Of a stretch of DNA of 64,000 bases, positions 59,993 through 64,000 are shown piece by piece; position 1 is the stretch's first letter; each line of letters opens with the position of its first letter. The notes beneath the pieces are model-generated. The model worked only from the letters and a program-made list of their open reading frames with translations, was not told the DNA's origin and ran no database searches. A program made the position numbers and the translations under genes. This DNA is from Candidatus Bathyarchaeota archaeon (lineage in GTDB: Archaea; Thermoproteota; Bathyarchaeia; Bathyarchaeales; Bathycorpusculaceae): assembly GCA_963833575.1 (NCBI GenBank), contig CAWHXY010000005.1, positions 1 through 64,000 of the forward strand. The letters run 5' to 3'.

Positions 59993-60845
59993 TTCTCTGA
60001 AAAATTACGTTAACCCTTTGGATAATAAGCCACTAGTTTCAGTGTTAATTCCGACTTATGACTCAGGCAGTACAATTAAGAAATGTATTGAATCAGTTAA
60101 AGCTCAAACTTACAAGAATATTGAGATAATAGTTATTGACAATCACAGTTCAGACGGTACAAAGCGGATAGCTGAAGGTCTCGGAGTTATAACTTTAACG
60201 AAAGGACCTGAAAGATCAGCCCAAATGAATCAAGGTGTTTTCACTGCAAATGGGAAATTCATACTTCGTGTAGACTCAGACATGATTTTGGACCCAAACC
60301 TCATAGAAAAATGTCTCAAACTATGTGATGAAGGAGCTCAAGCAGTCGTAGTTCCAGTTCTTCCGCATCAAAATGGCCCACATAATTTTTGGATATCCTG
60401 TAGAACATTGGAACAAAAAATGTTGTTAGATGATATGGTTAACGTTGCTCCACGATTTATTAATCGAGATGTTTTCTTGGAAGTAGGTGGCTACGATGAA
60501 ACTATTGTTGCTTGGGAAGATTACGATCTTCATAATAGATTGATCAAATCAGGGTGTCGAGTGTCTTCGCTTCAGGATTCTGCACTATGGCATCTTGGTG
60601 AGGCATCTTCTCTAAGTGAAATGGTGGTCAGAATGGTAAGGTATGGAAAGACGGGGTCGCTGGGATTATTCACTAAGAAACATGGTTTGGGCGGATTAAA
60701 ACAAATATCAATAATTCGACCTTCATATTTTCGGCACCGCAATTACTTTGTGACGGACCCCCTGCATTTTGTTGGAATTTTCGTCATGAAAATTGTTCAA
60801 ACGTTTTCTGTAGCACTAGGTGCTTTTGTAAGGCACTTTCCATGA
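59976..60845 (+). CDS. GT2 glycosyltransferase
   Basis: VSVLIPTY, DNHSSDGT, DSDM, GGYDE and WED. Confidence 0.88.
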   Translation: MEKTSSSLKNYVNPLDNKPLVSVLIPTYDSGSTIKKCIESVKAQTYKNIEIIVIDNHSSDGTKRIAEGLGVITLTKGPERSAQMNQGVFTANGKFILRVDSDMILDPNLIEKCLKLCDEGAQAVVVPVLPHQNGPHNFWISCRTLEQKMLLDDMVNVAPRFINRDVFLEVGGYDETIVAWEDYDLHNRLIKSGCRVSSLQDSALWHLGEASSLSEMVVRMVRYGKTGSLGLFTKKHGLGGLKQISIIRPSYFRHRNYFVTDPLHFVGIFVMKIVQTFSVALGAFVRHFP

Positions 60846-60969
60846 TTTGTAGAGTTTGGAAAATATCGCTGAGATTTTTTTCGGGGGAAGCCTATTTTTA
60901 TATCCTCTTGAGGCAATAACTTATTAATTGATGGAACGGAAGTAGGATAGAAAATAGGACTGGTGCGAC

Positions 60970-62040
60970 GTGCAACAAGCCAAGAAAGAATGGCCAACTG
61001 TCTCCGTAGTAACTGTCAGTTTAAATGGCAAAAAATGGCTGAAGGATTTGTTCCTCTCCATTTTGGCTAGTGACTACCCTCAGAATAAATTAGAGATGAT
61101 TTTTGTGGATAATGGCTCCATTGATGGAAGTGTTGAATTCGTCAAAGACATCTTTGCGAATGACACGCGCTTGAAGATAATTCAAAACACTGAGAATTTG
61201 GGGTGGTCGCCAGCTAACAATCAGGGTATGAGAATTTCAAATGGCGAAATAATTGTGTGTGTAAGCAATGACATGATTGTCGATACGAATTGGATCAAAG
61301 AAATTGTAAAGGTCATGGAACTAAACGAAAACATTGGGATAGTTCAGTGCAACTCTATTTCCATGTGGGATCGAATAACTCCCGACTCTGGAATGAATTA
61401 TCTTGACAGATTTGGCTACTCTTATAGTTATACTTCATCTAAAATGAATTATGAAGTGTTCTTTGCAGAAGGAATGGCTTTTGCTATTAAAAAAGAAGTT
61501 ATTAAAAAAGTAGGTATGTTTGACGAATACTTCTTCATGGAATATGATGACATGGACCTTTCTTGGCGCGCCCGTTTGGGTGGTTATAAAGTGTTTTTTG
61601 TTCCAGCCGCTATAGTTTATCATGCAAGAGGCGGCACCGTCGGAGCTACTTATTTTCAAAGAATCAACAATGTTAAGTGGTATACTAGGAATCACCTTGT
61701 TACCCTGATAAAAAATTATGAAATAAAAACTCTGCTTAGATTATCTCCAATAATCTTAACGGTGGAGCTAATAAAAATCGTTTATTTGGCCATTTTTAAA
61801 AAGAATTTGAAAATATCGTATGCAGCATTAAAGGGTATTTTACAGCTTGCAGCGGATCGAAGGATTATTTTGCAAAAAAGATTTGAAACGCAGAGTTTTA
61901 GAGCGGTTTCTGATAAGGAAATCCTTCAGATTATGCACCCCTTCAACCCTTGGCTTCTACGCTTATTTCTTACAAAACAATCTAGATCTGAGAGACTTGT
62001 ATTAAGTAATAAACCCCCAATAAATTGGAGATCTGAATAG
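60970..62040 (+). CDS. GT2 glycosyltransferase (rhamnosyltransferase-like)
   Basis: VDNGSIDGS, NLG...ANN.G, FDE.FFMEYDD.DL.WR and YH..G. Confidence 0.88.
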   Translation: MQQAKKEWPTVSVVTVSLNGKKWLKDLFLSILASDYPQNKLEMIFVDNGSIDGSVEFVKDIFANDTRLKIIQNTENLGWSPANNQGMRISNGEIIVCVSNDMIVDTNWIKEIVKVMELNENIGIVQCNSISMWDRITPDSGMNYLDRFGYSYSYTSSKMNYEVFFAEGMAFAIKKEVIKKVGMFDEYFFMEYDDMDLSWRARLGGYKVFFVPAAIVYHARGGTVGATYFQRINNVKWYTRNHLVTLIKNYEIKTLLRLSPIILTVELIKIVYLAIFKKNLKISYAALKGILQLAADRRIILQKRFETQSFRAVSDKEILQIMHPFNPWLLRLFLTKQSRSERLVLSNKPPINWRSE

Positions 62041-62793
62041 ATGAAAAAAATTAAGATAGGTGTTATTCCCGCTGCAGGATATGGTCGTCGTTTGAGTAGT
62101 CTTCCTCTAACACGTGTGCTTCCAAAATGCTTGCTTCCCATACTGAATAAGCCAATCTTGGGGTATGTGATAGAAAACATGAGACAGATGGGTGTTGAGG
62201 ACGTATACATGATAGTTGGATTTAAGAAAGAATTGATTCAAGAGTACTTTGAAGATGGTTCAGATTTTGGAATTAATATTAAGTATATTCTGCAACCTAA
62301 TCCGCTTGGAATAGCTCACGCCATTGGGTTGACGAGAGAGTACATACATGAACCTTTTGTTGTTACCTTAGGTGATGATCTTACAATATCAAAATCTTTC
62401 GAGAATATAGTTGAAATGTTCTGGACTAAAAGAGCTATTGCAGTTGAATGCGTGGTTCGCGAAGCAGACATTGAAAAACTTAGACAAGCTTGTTGCATTC
62501 AACTAGATAATGATGGAAAAATTCAAAATGCCGAAGAGAAGCCATGCAACCCCACCTCAAATGTTCGTGGATGTGGCATTTACATTTTTAATCCGAAAGT
62601 TTACGATTACATCGGAAATACACCTACCTCTATTCCACGTAACGAAAAAGAAATTACAAATACAATCAAGTTAATAGCAGACGACAATTCAGCTTATGGT
62701 GCATTCATAAACGGGGTCAATATTAATGTTAACACAAGCACAGACCTTCTTGAAGCAACAAGACTTCTTCTTGAAAATCCTAAGACAAGTTAG
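62041..62793 (+). CDS. sugar-phosphate nucleotidyltransferase (RmlA/GalU-like)
   Basis: IPAAGYGRRL..LT..LPK, Q..PLGIAHA, LGDD, EKP and EIT. Confidence 0.9.
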   Translation: MKKIKIGVIPAAGYGRRLSSLPLTRVLPKCLLPILNKPILGYVIENMRQMGVEDVYMIVGFKKELIQEYFEDGSDFGINIKYILQPNPLGIAHAIGLTREYIHEPFVVTLGDDLTISKSFENIVEMFWTKRAIAVECVVREADIEKLRQACCIQLDNDGKIQNAEEKPCNPTSNVRGCGIYIFNPKVYDYIGNTPTSIPRNEKEITNTIKLIADDNSAYGAFINGVNINVNTSTDLLEATRLLLENPKTS

Positions 62794-62937
62794 GTTGGAA
62801 TTAATGGCTTCTTCTTTGGGTTTATACAAATTAGTTAACTGGCGCTTGATTAGAATCCTTAAAAAACTCTTGTTAGTTGGTACGTTAAGTTATTTACTTT
62901 TTGTTATAACTAGAAATAGTTCAGTCAAAGGTGTGCC

Positions 62938-64000
62938 TTGATCTTGAAAGAGTCAGATTTATCTATGTATGTATTGGGTGGTTCGCCGACTAGAGCTGAT
63001 AGCCTAGATGGTGGTTCTCGAATATTCATAGAATGTGCAAGACGATGGTTGGACAAAGGGGTAGACATATTTTTTTTTACATCAGAAGAAGGTTATGAAC
63101 TGCTTCATAAGTACGGTTTAAACTCAATAAGGTATATAGTTGCCTATTCCTCAAAGTACCAACGGTTTGGTCTCTACGGACTATATGTAATTAGAATGAT
63201 TAAGCAGTGTTTGAATGTTATCAGAATTAAGCCCGAATGTGAAGTTAATGTAATCTATTCAGGATCCGATTTTTGGCCTGATGCTGTTCCCGCATTTTTT
63301 CTAAAAATGCGATTCAAACAGGCAAAATGGGTTGCAGGCTTCTATCTTTTCGCACCTAATCCTTTCACAAGTGAAACACCTTACAAGGGAAAGGCAGTTC
63401 TGAAAGGGCTTGTTTACTATCTGTCTCAATTGCCTATTTATTATTTAGTTAGGAAATATGCTGACTCAGTTTGGGTTACAAGCGAACCTGATCGGTGGAA
63501 ATTCATCGGCGTAAGGCTTTCTAAGAGTAAGGTTGTTGCTGTTCGGGGTGGAGTTGATATCAAGACTCCTTTAACGATACCTGAACCACAGAATAAGAAA
63601 TTTGAGGCAGTTTTCATTGGAAGATTTCATCCTCAAAAAGGTGTTTTGGAACTTGTAGATATTTGGAAAATAGTTTGTTCTAAGAACAATGGTGCGAAGT
63701 TGGCCATGATTGGTGTAGGTGAACTTGAAAGCGCTGTCATTAACAAGATAAAAATTTGTGGTTTGGAACAGAATATAGTTCTGTTCGGCTTTAAGGATGG
63801 TATTGAAAAGCTCAAGATTTTCAAGAATAGCCGAGTTGTTGTACATCCCGCTATTTATGATAGTGGTGGAATGGCTGCATGTGAGGCAATGGCTTGCGGT
63901 TTACCCGGTGTGAGTTTTGATCTTGCTGCATTAAAAACTTATTATCCAAAAGGGATGATTAAAATACCCTGCTATGACTTAGCGGCGTTTGCAGCGAATA
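62938..64000 (+). CDS. GT4 glycosyltransferase (runs off right edge)
   Basis: Not in track (no stop codon in window). Open frame from TTG at 62938 with FIGRFHPQKG and PAIYDSGGMAACEAMACGLP. Confidence 0.85.
   Translation, partial: MILKESDLSMYVLGGSPTRADSLDGGSRIFIECARRWLDKGVDIFFFTSEEGYELLHKYGLNSIRYIVAYSSKYQRFGLYGLYVIRMIKQCLNVIRIKPECEVNVIYSGSDFWPDAVPAFFLKMRFKQAKWVAGFYLFAPNPFTSETPYKGKAVLKGLVYYLSQLPIYYLVRKYADSVWVTSEPDRWKFIGVRLSKSKVVAVRGGVDIKTPLTIPEPQNKKFEAVFIGRFHPQKGVLELVDIWKIVCSKNNGAKLAMIGVGELESAVINKIKICGLEQNIVLFGFKDGIEKLKIFKNSRVVVHPAIYDSGGMAACEAMACGLPGVSFDLAALKTYYPKGMIKIPCYDLAAFAAN

Noticed and set aside
63571-63846. Minus-strand ORFs at the right edge
   Set aside because: They are antisense to the GT4 gene, which the track omits because it has no stop codon in the window.
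1-64000. Integrase, transposase, reverse transcriptase or known defence genes
   Set aside because: None is recognisable in any listed ORF, so mobility of the islet and repeat elements remains an inference.

Overview
This is an archaeal chromosomal window, AT-rich, with GGTGA-type ribosome-binding sites. egsA, cbf5, rpl14e, intron-containing tRNAs and a dockerin-like secreted protein point to a TACK archaeon, most plausibly Bathyarchaeia (inference). Core genes are egsA, FKBP/SlyD, cbf5, rpl14e and four tRNAs (Arg-CCT, Ser-GGA, Pro-TGG, Leu-TAA). Three of these tRNAs carry introns, two of them in the D-loop. The rest is mostly accessory DNA: a PPi-type PFK plus PPDK operon, stress and detoxification genes (VOC proteins, Bcp, Hsp20, TRAM, mgsA), a tRNA-Pro-anchored ~2.5 kb islet with a duplicated tRNA 3' end, and an exosortase-EpsI-like fusion. 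It also holds two paralogous N-extended OB-fold proteins, a complete NHEJ operon (PrimPol, Ku, ligase-phosphoesterase, DUF72) and a glycosylation cluster with a B12-radical SAM gene that runs off the right edge. The most unusual signal is a family of five co-oriented intergenic elements. Each has a 10-bp-period tandem array whose unit differs between copies, followed by a constant anchor ACCTGCAA; in four of the five copies the anchor continues as N18-CAARAAAGCA. All calls are by eye, with no database searches.
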